A stretch of 64,000 bases of DNA, from the NCBI GenBank assembly GCA_963703315.1, contig OY969811.1, forward strand, positions 3,104,001-3,168,000, written 5' to 3'. A program made the translations under genes and the position numbers. The notes under the pieces were generated by a model that was given only the letters and a program-made list of their open reading frames with translations, was not told the origin of the DNA and did no database searches. Shown piece after piece: positions 1 to 10,190 of this stretch. The stretch's first letter is position 1. Each line of letters begins with the position of its first letter. Source of the DNA: an uncultured cyanobacterium (GTDB lineage Bacteria > Cyanobacteriota > Cyanobacteriia > Pseudanabaenales > Pseudanabaenaceae).

Positions 1-660
1 TTCACGCTCAACTTGGAACTTACCGCCACGAGTGATCAAGCGAAAAATTTCATCGTCTTGAGGTTCTAGACCCTGTGGCTCTAGGGGCAGTAGGGTTTGG
101 ACTACTGGACGAGAGCTAATCAAGGACACAAAACGAGTGTAAATCAACTCAACGCGATCAATTACACCAGACAAAAATGCTGAGGTAATTTCATCTTCGA
201 TCGCATTGGCTTCAGCCGCATTAGGAATTTGGTTGAGGTTCGTAAATTTAGCAGCGATCGGTTGATCACGACGGCTAAAGTATTGCGTAGCTTTACGACC
301 GACTAAGATAAAGGTGTAATTAATACCTTGTTCTTTTAATTCCTTAGCGCGAGCTTCGGCACGACGAATAATGGTTGAGTTATAGCCACCACAAAGACCG
401 CGATCGCCTGAAATTACCAGTAGACCAACGGTTTTTACAGGACGCTTTTCGAGTAAGGGCAGACTGACATCCTCGAAGGAAATGCGCTGCTGGAGACGGT
501 AAAGAACTTGTGCTAAGCGATCGGCAAAAGGACGGGTTGCCAAAACTTGCTGCTGAGCGCGTCTGACCTTTGCGGCGGCAACAAGGCGCATTGCTTCAGT
601 AATTTTGCGAGTATTCTTAACACTGCCAATGCGATCGCGGATGGATTTGAGGTTAGCCAT
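1..660 (-). CDS. atpC: ATP synthase F1 gamma subunit (5' part; runs off window start)
   Basis: Not in ORF track. Manual minus-strand translation from ATG at 660: [36 protein letters not shown]...[12 protein letters not shown]..., open to base 1. Named atpG in E. coli. Confidence 0.97.
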   Translation of the reverse strand, partial: MANLKSIRDRIGSVKNTRKITEAMRLVAAAKVRRAQQQVLATRPFADRLAQVLYRLQQRISFEDVSLPLLEKRPVKTVGLLVISGDRGLCGGYNSTIIRRAEARAKELKEQGINYTFILVGRKATQYFSRRDQPIAAKFTNLNQIPNAAEANAIEDEITSAFLSGVIDRVELIYTRFVSLISSRPVVQTLLPLEPQGLEPQDDEIFRLITRGGKFQVERE

Positions 661-820
661 GAAACTAAATTGCTACTTGCTATGGGAATACTATGAAAAA
701 TTGGGTATATCACGGGAGACATACAGTATCTTAATAAAAAATTGCGCCATCAAACTGCAAACTGTTTTATATCCTTAAATTTTTGCCAACAAACTTTTAA
801 TTTTCTTCTAACTGAGTGAC

Positions 821-1672
821 ATGATTGCTTCTCCATCCTTGTTTACATTGACTAGCCAAATCAACCCTGTTGAGTCACCTGACGATCTGCTGGAAATTGC
901 GGGGCGTAAGTTCCGATCGCGGTTAATGACTGGTTCAGGTAAATACACCAGTTTTGACGTGATGCGCCAAGCGATCGCCTCTAGTGGTTGCGAAATCGTC
1001 ACTGTAGCAGTGCGGCGAGTGCAGACCAATGCGGCGGGACATGAAGGACTTGCCGAAGCGATCGATTGGAGCAAATATTGGCTATTGCCCAACACGGCGG
1101 GCTGCCAGACTGCTGAAGAAGCGGTGCGCGTGGCAAGACTAGGGCGTGAGATGGCGAAGATTTTAGGACAGGAAGATAATAATTTCGTGAAGCTAGAAGT
1201 TATTCCTGATCTCAAATATTTGCTGCCCGATCCGCTTGGTACTTGTAAAGCTGCTGAACAATTGGTGAAAGAAGGCTTTGCGGTACTGCCCTATATCAAT
1301 GCTGACCCCAGACTCGCGAAAACCCTTGAAGAAATTGGTTGCGTGACGGTGATGCCTCTAGGCTCGCCCATCGGTTCGGGTCAGGGCATTAATAACGCCG
1401 CCAATATTCGGATCATCATCGAAGAGTCGAAAATACCCGTTGTCGTGGATGCAGGAATTGGCGTACCTAGCGAAGCCGCCGCCGCAATGGAGTTAGGAGC
1501 CGATGCTTTATTAATTAATACCGCGATCGCCTGTGCGAGTAATCCTGTAGCAATGGGTCGGGCGATGGGCATGGCTTGTGAAGCAGGACGCACCGCCTAT
1601 CTATCGGGCAGAATTCCTGTCAAAGCTTATGCCAGTGCTAGTTCGCCCTTAACAGGAATCGTCAAAAACTAA
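821..1672 (+). CDS. thiG: Thiazole synthase
   Basis: [35 protein letters not shown] and VVVDAGIG motifs. Confidence 0.97.
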   Translation: MIASPSLFTLTSQINPVESPDDLLEIAGRKFRSRLMTGSGKYTSFDVMRQAIASSGCEIVTVAVRRVQTNAAGHEGLAEAIDWSKYWLLPNTAGCQTAEEAVRVARLGREMAKILGQEDNNFVKLEVIPDLKYLLPDPLGTCKAAEQLVKEGFAVLPYINADPRLAKTLEEIGCVTVMPLGSPIGSGQGINNAANIRIIIEESKIPVVVDAGIGVPSEAAAAMELGADALLINTAIACASNPVAMGRAMGMACEAGRTAYLSGRIPVKAYASASSPLTGIVKN

Positions 1673-1699
1673 AAATGGCTCCGCCATTTTTAGTTTTTG
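1663..1699. terminator. Perfect hairpin (17-bp arms, TCC/GGA loop) between convergent genes; likely bidirectional terminator
   Basis: caaaaactaaaaatggc-tcc-gccatttttagtttttg; the arms contain both stop codons. Confidence 0.75.
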
Positions 1700-2808
1700 G
1701 ATAAGGCATGATATTGGGCGATCGCCATATCGTAAATCTGACTCAACCTTTGAGCATGAATCGCAAGGGTAAATTCTTCATGAAACAAAGCATTACCAGC
1801 GATCCCAATGGCACGGGCTTTCTCAAAATTAGTAGCTAGATCAGTAATAGCCGCCGCTAACTGCTCTACGTTATTCGGGGCAACTAAAAGTCCCGTCTTT
1901 CCATCCTGAATATGCTCAGGAATCCCCCCAGTGGCGCTAGCAATCACGGGACGAAATCGCACATAAGCTTCCAGTGTGATCAGTCCCGCAGGTTCTGGCC
2001 ATACACTAGGAAAAATGACCGCAAAGCTTTGACGGTAGAGGTCTTCTAATTTTTCGCTCTGACACCAGCCATGCCAAGTCAGGCGATCGCCAATCTGTAA
2101 GTCTTCAGCTAGTTGACGCACCTGTGGCATTGCCCAGCCTTCACCCGCAATATCAAGATGAATCTGTGGATCTAGCAAAGGCATCGCTCTCAGCAACCAA
2201 TCCAAACCTTTATCAGGGACAATTCTGCCTGCAAAGAAAATATGTTTTTTGTCATGTACATCTTGATCAAGGGGCTGATGCGATGCTTGAGGCGCATTAA
2301 TTCCATACTTCAAGGTTACGACCTGCGATGCAGGTAAGCCGTTAGCGATTAACTGCGATCGCACATAGTCACTATTAGCAATCACCGTAATTTTTAACTT
2401 TTTGAGTGCATTCAAGGCACTATAGGCTCGCTTGAAATTATAAGTAATTTTTTGTGGACGGCGACTGCCACAGCCATCGATCAAATGCCCCCATGTACAT
2501 CCCAAAATAGACATTTGGCGATCGCACACTTTCCCCTGTGTTAGCAAATACTTAGAACCACTAGGACAATAGGGATTATGGTTATGCAAAGTGAAAACCG
2601 CAGGACATATATTTTTTAGATCTTCAAGTATGCCTGCATCATGAATATGTAGTAGTGGATATTGACTTTGATCAATATTAGCTAAAGATGGAAGTACATT
2701 CTGAGCATACATATCTGGCAATGTCGCCAAAAGTCCATCTAAATATGACTTGATTCCACCACCAGAAGCGGCTCCCGTAGCACAATGCTGAACCTTATTC
2801 ATAAACAT
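1690..2808 (-). CDS. Glycosyltransferase family 4 (GT-B fold)
   Basis: FAGRIVPDKG and PSVWPEPAGLITLEA...PVIASATGGIPE motifs. Confidence 0.9.
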   Translation of the reverse strand: MFMNKVQHCATGAASGGGIKSYLDGLLATLPDMYAQNVLPSLANIDQSQYPLLHIHDAGILEDLKNICPAVFTLHNHNPYCPSGSKYLLTQGKVCDRQMSILGCTWGHLIDGCGSRRPQKITYNFKRAYSALNALKKLKITVIANSDYVRSQLIANGLPASQVVTLKYGINAPQASHQPLDQDVHDKKHIFFAGRIVPDKGLDWLLRAMPLLDPQIHLDIAGEGWAMPQVRQLAEDLQIGDRLTWHGWCQSEKLEDLYRQSFAVIFPSVWPEPAGLITLEAYVRFRPVIASATGGIPEHIQDGKTGLLVAPNNVEQLAAAITDLATNFEKARAIGIAGNALFHEEFTLAIHAQRLSQIYDMAIAQYHALSKN

Positions 2809-2815
2809 TCATAAA

Positions 2816-3751
2816 CTAGATTAGCTTTCCTATTGATCGTGGTAAAAGTAATTTAAGAAGTCTCCGAATACCACCTAAGCTAAAGCGTTTAGACAAAGGA
2901 TGGTACTCGCTAAAGTAAACATCTACAGCTTGCTTGCGCTTACCTGAATTAATTAACTGGACGATCGCTATTGGTGCAGATCTTTTCAGTTCATATTCTT
3001 TAGCCCAAGCAATTTCGTCAGGAACATCAGTATTTAAAATATTCTGAAAAGATTGGGCGGCTGAATCAGTTTTCAACGAAATTGCATCACTACTAAGTCG
3101 ATATTTAGCCGTATATTTATCTAAAAAGAAAAAGTTTGGATATTTAATACTAAGTCGTAAACTAAAATCAAAATCCCCTCCATTACCTATTTCTTTATAG
3201 GAACGGTACTTTACAGACTTAGCGGCTGAAGCCAGAACCATGTAGCCATCACTGGGAAACTGATGTAAAATCGCAACTTCCAAAGAAGACTTTTGTAATC
3301 CAGCGCGATCGCTAGTACGAAAGAACACCTGATTGAGATTTTCACTGCGATCTATATCAATAACGCCATCTTCAGAAATGATATATTGCTTACCATAGGC
3401 TGCCACCAAATCTGGATAGATATCCCAGCAACTACTTAGTTCTTCTAGTGCTTCTGGCAGTAATAGATCATCATCATGCAGAAGGACAATTTTATCGCCT
3501 TTTGCAGTTTCATAGAGAAAGTTAACATTTGCTGCCTGACCTAGTGAAGGAGAATGCCGAGTATAAACAATAGGGATTTTACAATCTTTCTTAAGATCTA
3601 AAACTAAATTCTCAGTTATATTGTCAGGAGAGTCATCACCAATGATGATCTCCATAGGCTGAAGAGTTTGTTCAATTACTGACTGTAAAGCTTGTCTAAA
3701 GAGTTTATCTCTTTTATATGTAGGGATACAGACAGATATGGATAATTTCAT
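2816..3751 (-). CDS. Glycosyltransferase family 2
   Basis: SVCIPTY, IIIGDDS and LLHDDD (DxD) motifs. Confidence 0.9.
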   Translation of the reverse strand: MKLSISVCIPTYKRDKLFRQALQSVIEQTLQPMEIIIGDDSPDNITENLVLDLKKDCKIPIVYTRHSPSLGQAANVNFLYETAKGDKIVLLHDDDLLLPEALEELSSCWDIYPDLVAAYGKQYIISEDGVIDIDRSENLNQVFFRTSDRAGLQKSSLEVAILHQFPSDGYMVLASAAKSVKYRSYKEIGNGGDFDFSLRLSIKYPNFFFLDKYTAKYRLSSDAISLKTDSAAQSFQNILNTDVPDEIAWAKEYELKRSAPIAIVQLINSGKRKQAVDVYFSEYHPLSKRFSLGGIRRLLKLLLPRSIGKLI

Positions 3752-3876
3752 TGGGTTTTCTGATTTTAATTCTTCTGGGAATTGATTTCACTATTTTTAC
3801 TTCTGATAAAGTCTAATATACAATACGTCTGATGTGGGTTCAAAATACTCAAGTGATAGGAAGCGTTTATTTAGAT

Positions 3877-4866
3877 ATGTCAAAATCAATAAGAACAACT
3901 TGCCTAATTAATAGCTTTAACTATAAAAGCTACGTTTGTGAAGCGGTCGAAAGCGCACTATCCCAAACCCATCCTTTTGATGAAATAATTGTTGTGGATG
4001 ATTCCTCTACGGATGGTTCTGATGTTTTTTTACAGAGTGAGTATGAGCAAAATCCGAACGTCAAAATTATTATCCACGAACAAAATCAAGGACAGTTAGG
4101 AGCCGTAACTACGGGTTTTTTACAATCAACAGGCGATATTATATTCTTCCTTGATGCCGATGATATTTATCATCCCCAATATCTAGAAACTGCTTTGAAA
4201 ATATATAATGAGAATCCTGTATGTGACTTTATTTTCTTTAAGATGGCAGCTTTTAAGTATCACAAAGAAAACTATCAGGCTCCAACTCAGTTACAAATTT
4301 CTCAATATAGAGACTATATTCAAGACCGTGGATACTCTGTAATTCTTACTATGGAGGAACACACATTTGTTGGTAGTGCCAACTCAGGAAATTCCGTTTA
4401 TAGAAAATATTTAAATGAAATTTTACCCTGTACCTGTATTGGGAATTATCGAATGTGGACTGATAACTGCGTACTCTTTGGCTCTTCACTTCTAGGAGCA
4501 AGAAAGTTTTTTGTCGATCTTCCGATGATTGGCTATCGTAGACATTCAAATAATGACTCTAACAATGTATTTTATTTAGATAGATTCAAGTATTATCAGA
4601 GTCAACTTGCGACAATTCGTTTTTTCACATTTCTGCTCACAAAAACAAACTTAGACCGTTCTCAAATCTCTAGATTCGCTCCCTATGAATTCAAAACTAT
4701 CGACAATCCAACTTGGGAACTTTTCTTTACTTACTTCAAGATCATGTTACGCAATCCATCAAGTGTTCCGCTTGCAGCATGGCAATGGAGTAAGCTGTAT
4801 GGATTAGCAATAATGCTGAAGCATATGCTAAATAGATCATCAAAGAACGTCAAAAAACTAGGCTAA
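3877..4866 (+). CDS. Glycosyltransferase family 2
   Basis: LINSFNY, IIVVDDSSTD and FLDADD motifs; start placed at MSKSIR (track start 3832). Confidence 0.88.
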   Translation: MSKSIRTTCLINSFNYKSYVCEAVESALSQTHPFDEIIVVDDSSTDGSDVFLQSEYEQNPNVKIIIHEQNQGQLGAVTTGFLQSTGDIIFFLDADDIYHPQYLETALKIYNENPVCDFIFFKMAAFKYHKENYQAPTQLQISQYRDYIQDRGYSVILTMEEHTFVGSANSGNSVYRKYLNEILPCTCIGNYRMWTDNCVLFGSSLLGARKFFVDLPMIGYRRHSNNDSNNVFYLDRFKYYQSQLATIRFFTFLLTKTNLDRSQISRFAPYEFKTIDNPTWELFFTYFKIMLRNPSSVPLAAWQWSKLYGLAIMLKHMLNRSSKNVKKLG

Positions 4867-4949
4867 TGCTCAAGTTAGGAGACAATCACCAAATGCAAAG
4901 CAATAGCGATAGTCTTACCTAGTCGCTTTAAGGAGTTACCTTAATATTT

Positions 4950-5978
4950 ATGAATAATTATCCTTATAGACTCAAAGTTGCGAAAGTCCCCGAAGAAGTG
5001 CAGAGACCTTTATGGTCAGTCATGATTCCGACATACAACATGAGTGCTAACTATATACGCGAGACTCTTGCTAGCGTACTTGCACAGGATCTTGGACCAG
5101 ATATGATGCAGATAATGGTTGTTGATGATCACTCTTTGAAAGATGACCCCGAAGCGGTTGTTAAGGAAATCGGGAATGGTCGAGTCGAGTTTTATCGGCA
5201 AGATGCCAATGTCGGTCAGATAAAAAACTTTCAAACTTGTTTAGAAAAAGCTCGCGGTCGATTAATTCATCAACTTCATGGCGATGATCTTGTATGTGAT
5301 GGTTTCTACAGAAAACTGTCGATCGCATTTGAAGAACATCCTGAAATTGGCGCTGCTTTTTGTCGTCATATCATCATGGATGAGCATGGAAATACAATAC
5401 GGGTGACAATTCTAGAACAGCCAGAGAGTGGAGTTTTACCTGAAGATTGGGTTGAAGAGTTGATTGGATTTCAACGAATTCAAACTCCTGCTATAGTTGT
5501 GCGGCGCGATGTCTATGAAGAGCTAGGTGGATTTGATAGTCGTGCAGGCATCGCTCAAGACTGGGAAATGTGGGTGCGTGTTGCTAGTAGTTATCCAGTA
5601 TGGTACGAAACTGATATTCTCGCTAAGTGGCGCAAGCATCCTAGTTCTACTACTTCTAACAACATACGCAATGCAACTATGATGCGCGATATCGCACGGG
5701 TGATATCGATTTTTAAAGAAGAAAATATCTCTGGTAGAGTTACTGATGCTCTGGTTAAGCATACAAAACAAAACGGTGCTTTCGATGCACTTTCCAAGGC
5801 AGACTCTTTGATAAATGCTGATAATGCTTATGCTGCAATCAATCAGATTAAAGAAGCCGTGATAATGCGTCCGAGTTTTAAGACAATTCGTTCTGCGGGA
5901 AGAATTATTTTGCTAGATGGCTCTCGTTGGTTATGGCGTAATTTGCTCAGAAAGTTGCGCGGAAAGTTAAAAAATTAG
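4950..5978 (+). CDS. Glycosyltransferase family 2
   Basis: SVMIPTYN, VVDDHS, LHGDD and GGFD..QDWEMW motifs; 12-nt convergent overlap with menA. Confidence 0.9.
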   Translation: MNNYPYRLKVAKVPEEVQRPLWSVMIPTYNMSANYIRETLASVLAQDLGPDMMQIMVVDDHSLKDDPEAVVKEIGNGRVEFYRQDANVGQIKNFQTCLEKARGRLIHQLHGDDLVCDGFYRKLSIAFEEHPEIGAAFCRHIIMDEHGNTIRVTILEQPESGVLPEDWVEELIGFQRIQTPAIVVRRDVYEELGGFDSRAGIAQDWEMWVRVASSYPVWYETDILAKWRKHPSSTTSNNIRNATMMRDIARVISIFKEENISGRVTDALVKHTKQNGAFDALSKADSLINADNAYAAINQIKEAVIMRPSFKTIRSAGRIILLDGSRWLWRNLLRKLRGKLKN

Positions 5979-6890
5979 GCTGATGCTAAGGCAAGAGCCA
6001 ACGACAAAATGTAAAGCAACAGCAATAAATCGACAGTTTAGTAATAAATCGGCGCGTTCATGGTTCTCACCAATAAACATACATAATTTCCATGCGATCG
6101 GTAAGCTGACTAGCACGATCGCTGTCCAGATCGGAAATAAGTTAAGGGCGATCGCCAGAATTGTAATTCCATAAATGACACCACAGAGCCAAGGCAAAAG
6201 CTGGGCTGAGCGCTTAGTTCCTAGACGGACAACAGGCGATTTTTTTCCTGCCGCCAGATCATCAGCAACTTGATTAAAGTGTGAACAAAATAAAATCAAA
6301 CTTGTAATAATGCCAACGATGATTGCCGCAGATAAAGAGCCAGTTGACCAAGATTTAGTTTGACTGTAATAGGCGGCGGAAACTCCTAAAGGTCCAAAGG
6401 CAAAGAAGCATAAAATTTCACCCCATCCCTGATATCCCAACCGAAAGGGGGGACCTTGATAGATATAGCCCAGAAAGCAACAAATAGCAATCATCCCAAT
6501 TACGACCAAATCCTGCTGTAAATAGGAAATAGCTAGTACACCGATAATGCCAAGGACTAGACAAATATTAGCGATCGCAAAAATTAGGTTTTTCTTTCCC
6601 GTGAGATTAACTACTGAATGGGCTTTGTTAACATCAATTCCTGTCTCTGCATCAAATACATCATTACAGAGATTTTCCCACACCAAAATCAAGACGGCAG
6701 AAACCAAAAATGTTAAAAAAATGCTCCAGTTAATTGCCCCAGTATCCCGATAGGCGATCGCTGTACCTGTAGCGATTGGTACGATCGCCACACTATACAT
6801 AGGAAATTTAATCGCTGCCATCCATAGTTTACGGTGATCAGGACGGGGATCACGGGATAACTCAGGGGAATCAATGAGACTTTTTACCAT
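5967..6890 (-). CDS. menA: 1,4-dihydroxy-2-naphthoate phytyltransferase (UbiA family)
   Basis: AAIKFPMYSVA, NDVFDAETGID and YQGPPFRLGYQGWGE motifs; multiple TM helices. Confidence 0.93.
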   Translation of the reverse strand: MVKSLIDSPELSRDPRPDHRKLWMAAIKFPMYSVAIVPIATGTAIAYRDTGAINWSIFLTFLVSAVLILVWENLCNDVFDAETGIDVNKAHSVVNLTGKKNLIFAIANICLVLGIIGVLAISYLQQDLVVIGMIAICCFLGYIYQGPPFRLGYQGWGEILCFFAFGPLGVSAAYYSQTKSWSTGSLSAAIIVGIITSLILFCSHFNQVADDLAAGKKSPVVRLGTKRSAQLLPWLCGVIYGITILAIALNLFPIWTAIVLVSLPIAWKLCMFIGENHERADLLLNCRFIAVALHFVVGSCLSISLIF

Positions 6891-7072
6891 ACAGACTGAA
6901 ATTAGGCTAAAAGAATTGGCGATCGCTTAAATATGATTTCAGTAGTTTAACGTGAATAGGGATAGGTTCTGGTTATCCTGAAATTATTGGTGTTGCATAT
7001 AAAATCAGGTTTATGATTGAGTCTCAAGTCTCAACTATAAAAGTTTACAAATTTTATAAAATAGGTTTATTT

Positions 7073-7534
7073 ATGGTGATCGCAAAAACTGATAATCCCA
7101 AAAAGTTCTTACAGGTTTTCCAAATTACCTGCTTGTCTCTCCTGCTCTGTATTTGTACTTTTGCGTTTAGTACTCCAGCTTGGGCAACTGTGCAAATAAA
7201 GCTGACTGAGATGACCTATGAGCCATGTACAGGCGAGGCTGGCAAAAATATGGTGCTAGGTGGCGGCGTAATGTCGGCAAATTGCTTTATGGTCAAAGGT
7301 ATTGCTAACAATACGTCAGGCAAAGTTGTTTACAATGCGGATATCTTTGGGCGCATTTATGATGCTAATGGTAATGATGCGATGCCAGAGCGCACTAGAT
7401 TGGGCGCAGTTGATGAATTACCGATCGGTAAAAGTGAGTTTCAAATCATGGTGGGTATTCCTGCGGATCAACCTGAGCCACTTCAGTTAAAGCAGTTTAA
7501 AGCTTCAGGATTTGCAGGCAAGGTCAGACGCTAG
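7073..7534 (+). CDS. Conserved cyanobacterial secreted/lumenal hypothetical protein
   Basis: Signal-peptide-like segment ending PAWA; VYNADIFGRIYDA and LKQFKASGF motifs. Confidence 0.7.
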   Translation: MVIAKTDNPKKFLQVFQITCLSLLLCICTFAFSTPAWATVQIKLTEMTYEPCTGEAGKNMVLGGGVMSANCFMVKGIANNTSGKVVYNADIFGRIYDANGNDAMPERTRLGAVDELPIGKSEFQIMVGIPADQPEPLQLKQFKASGFAGKVRR

Positions 7535-7544
7535 TTTGAAACCC

Positions 7545-7601
7545 CTTGATAATCCCAAAACACAAAATGGCGTAGCCATTTTGTGTTTTGGGATTATCAA
7601 G
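7545..7601. repeat. Perfect intergenic hairpin, 27-bp arms, GTA loop
   Basis: cttgataatcccaaaacacaaaatggc-gta-gccattttgtgttttgggattatcaag. Confidence 0.9.
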
Positions 7602-7719
7602 AACATTTGACGGTTAGTGCCGCCACTGCTTTAGTTGTGCGATCGCGTTAAAATGGAGATTCGTCAGTATGGCAAAATCTAAAGTTCTACTCTAAAGTTC
7701 TCAGAATCGATACAAAAAT

Positions 7720-7995
7720 ATGGCTGTCAAAGTTTTAATTCCCACTCCTCTACAACAATTAACCAACAACCAAGCCACCGTAGAATGCGCTGGCGCGTCA
7801 GTTCAAGAAATCATTGATTCATTGGAAACAAATTGTCCGGGTATCAAAGCTCGTATTTGTGACGAACAAGGTAATCTCCGCCGTTTTGTTAATTTTTATG
7901 TCAATAGTGAAGATATTCGCTTCCTTGATGGAGCAAATACTGCTCTCAATGATGGTGATGAAGTAAGCATCATTCCTGCGATCGCAGGGGGCTAA
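7720..7995 (+). CDS. MoaD/ThiS-family ubiquitin-like sulfur carrier
   Basis: 91 aa; C-terminal IIPAIAGG di-glycine. Confidence 0.92.
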   Translation: MAVKVLIPTPLQQLTNNQATVECAGASVQEIIDSLETNCPGIKARICDEQGNLRRFVNFYVNSEDIRFLDGANTALNDGDEVSIIPAIAGG

Positions 7996-8034
7996 TAATA
8001 ACAAAAGGGGATGCCAAGCATCCCCTTTTGTTTA

Positions 8035-8337
8035 TTAATTAAGCATTTCGGTAGCAAGATGTAACATCAAAATTGCCGCTTCCTTCTTGAGATCTGGCTC
8101 TTTGGTTTTGCCTCCCCAATTTTGTAGCCATTTGCCTAACCCACCAAACGCGCCGCCGAGCCATTGCCCCACCTGAGCAAAAATCTGCTGTGGTCCTACA
8201 CCAGTTAAAACTTGGATTGCAAAAATAACGGCAACCACAAGGAAAGCAGTTTTAAAGCTGGCTTTAATCACACTGAGTAACCACCAAAACAGCAGTAGTG
8301 AAACGATTAGTGCACCGATTACTAGGGGCAAATTCAT
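8035..8337 (-). CDS. Small membrane hypothetical protein
   Basis: Two hydrophobic helices, GVGPQQIF motif; start placed at MNLPLV. Confidence 0.7.
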   Translation of the reverse strand: MNLPLVIGALIVSLLLFWWLLSVIKASFKTAFLVVAVIFAIQVLTGVGPQQIFAQVGQWLGGAFGGLGKWLQNWGGKTKEPDLKKEAAILMLHLATEMLN

Positions 8338-8415
8338 AGAGTTTTTTCCATCCCATCTCAATTTCAAAGAGTTTATTTGATTTTGGCATGATCCTGTCAT
8401 TGCCAAGTTCTCATC

Positions 8416-9063
8416 ATGTCTCAAGATTTACAACTTTATCAGGCTAGTCTAGATATCTCGTCAATTGAGTACGATCGCCTCTGGCAATTTCTATCAGAGG
8501 ATGAGCGATCGCGTGCTGTTCAATTCAAACGCAATGCTCTGAGACGTAATTTTGTGGCGGCAAGAGGCAATCTGCGAACAATTTTAGCGCACTGGCTAAA
8601 TTGTGAACCGAGGGAAATTCAGTTTGGTTATGGCGATCGCGGTAAGCCCTATTTACAAAATGTTCAAGAACTTTATTTTAATTTGGCACATTCTCAAGAT
8701 TTAGCGATTTATGTGGTGAGTAGCGATCGCGAAGTTGGGATTGATTTGGAATACATCAATTCTAAATGTGATGTTGTGGGGATTTCCAAGAGATATTTTT
8801 TGCCATTGGAGCAGCAAATTATTCAAAATTGCAATCAGAGTCTAGCTATTCAATCTTTTTATCAAGCATGGACTCTCAAAGAAGCCTATGGCAAAGCGAC
8901 AGGACAAGGGATTGCGAATATTCTTGAGAGTATCGATGTCTCACCATTACTAACAAGGTCTCTCGGTAAAACATTGCGGATTGGAAATTGGAGTTTAAAA
9001 CTGCTTAGTACAGAATTGGAACTAGAGGCAAATTACACAGCCGCTTTATGTATAGCAGAGTGA
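8416..9063 (+). CDS. 4'-phosphopantetheinyl transferase (Sfp/HetI type)
   Basis: GKP, FNLAHS, VGIDLE and WTLKEAYGKATGQG motifs. Confidence 0.93.
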   Translation: MSQDLQLYQASLDISSIEYDRLWQFLSEDERSRAVQFKRNALRRNFVAARGNLRTILAHWLNCEPREIQFGYGDRGKPYLQNVQELYFNLAHSQDLAIYVVSSDREVGIDLEYINSKCDVVGISKRYFLPLEQQIIQNCNQSLAIQSFYQAWTLKEAYGKATGQGIANILESIDVSPLLTRSLGKTLRIGNWSLKLLSTELELEANYTAALCIAE

Positions 9064-9103
9064 GTACTCAAAACGATAGAACAAGGGGCTTCAGCCCCTT
9101 GTT

Positions 9104-9853
9104 CTATCCTTGACGATGTAAAATCTTACCTGCTAGCATCGCGGCTCCAAATCCATTATCGATATTCACCACACCTACACCTGTCGCACAGGAATTGAGC
9201 ATGGTTAATAATGGAGCCAGACCATTAAAACTTGCGCCATAACCGATACTGGTCGGGACTGCCACAATCGGACAATTTGCTAAACCTGCTACCACACTGG
9301 CAAGCGCTCCTTCCATTCCTGCCACCACAATAATCACATCGGCATCGGCGATCGCCCCTTGATGACTGAGTAACCGATGAATCCCTGCCACACCCACATC
9401 CCAAAGTCGTTTAACGGTAAAGCCACATAGTTCTCCTGTGACGGCAGCTTCTTCCGCGATCGGCAGGTCAGCAGTTCCTGCGGTGAGAATTGTCATAGTG
9501 CCTTGCTTCTTCATGGTGGATTCACCGAGGCAGCAAATTTGGGCGATCGGGAAATATCGCAAACCACGCAATGATGGCTGAATCTGCTCATAAACTGTGG
9601 ATGAAATTTTAGTTGCCATCACTAATGGATTTTTCGATTCCATCACCCGCATGATCTGCACGATTTGGTCAGGAGTCTTGCCTAAGCCAAAAATCACTTC
9701 TGGAAAGCCTGTCCGCAAAGCTCGATGGTGATCGATCTTGGCAAAATCTCCCACCGACTCATAGTGAAGATATTTCAATGCTTCTACAGCTTTCTCTGGA
9801 CTAAGTTCCCCCTTTGCAACTGTCTCTAACAGTTGTCTCAAGTTATCGTGCAT
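9104..9853 (-). CDS. larB: LarB/CpmA (PurE-like, NCAIR mutase-related) protein
   Basis: AKIDHHRALRTGFPEV, AGTADLP, DVGVAGIHRL and NIDNGFGAA motifs; start placed at MHDNL. Confidence 0.88.
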   Translation of the reverse strand: MHDNLRQLLETVAKGELSPEKAVEALKYLHYESVGDFAKIDHHRALRTGFPEVIFGLGKTPDQIVQIMRVMESKNPLVMATKISSTVYEQIQPSLRGLRYFPIAQICCLGESTMKKQGTMTILTAGTADLPIAEEAAVTGELCGFTVKRLWDVGVAGIHRLLSHQGAIADADVIIVVAGMEGALASVVAGLANCPIVAVPTSIGYGASFNGLAPLLTMLNSCATGVGVVNIDNGFGAAMLAGKILHRQG

Positions 9854-9988
9854 ACATAGTTTACAGGTTCTAATTTTATATAAATTCAAGAAAGAGGGGC
9901 AGCGCTCTATGTTGCTTTTCTCACGCACCGAGCATTCTTGAAAAGCGCTATAAGCATAAGGTTTTTTATTTTACTATGCGTCCCTAAG

Positions 9989-10093
9989 TATAGCTACAAG
10001 TTAAGACATAAAACCCATTCATAGAGTTGCGGCGCGGAGCGCCGCAACTCTATGAATGGGTTTTATGTCTTAACATAACTGACTACAGCTATA
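9989..10093. repeat. TATAGC...GCTATA-bounded miniature element with a perfect hairpin (36-bp arms, 10000-10074, GGA loop)
   Basis: Direct reading; related copies at about 23574-23655, 32982-33074, 39651-39759, 49193-49263 and 51329-51426. Confidence 0.75.
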
Positions 10094-10190
10094 TAAACAT
10101 TATTGGGTTCTTGTTACCGATGCTACTTTTCTGAAAACCTAGAAGCGGCTTAATGATGGCAGACCTAAATAGAGCTATCGTTAATTTTTC

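Noticed and set aside
8416..9063. Sfp-type PPTase as a sign of a secondary-metabolite cluster
   Set aside because: No NRPS/PKS or carrier-protein genes nearby; stand-alone PPTases are normal in cyanobacteria.
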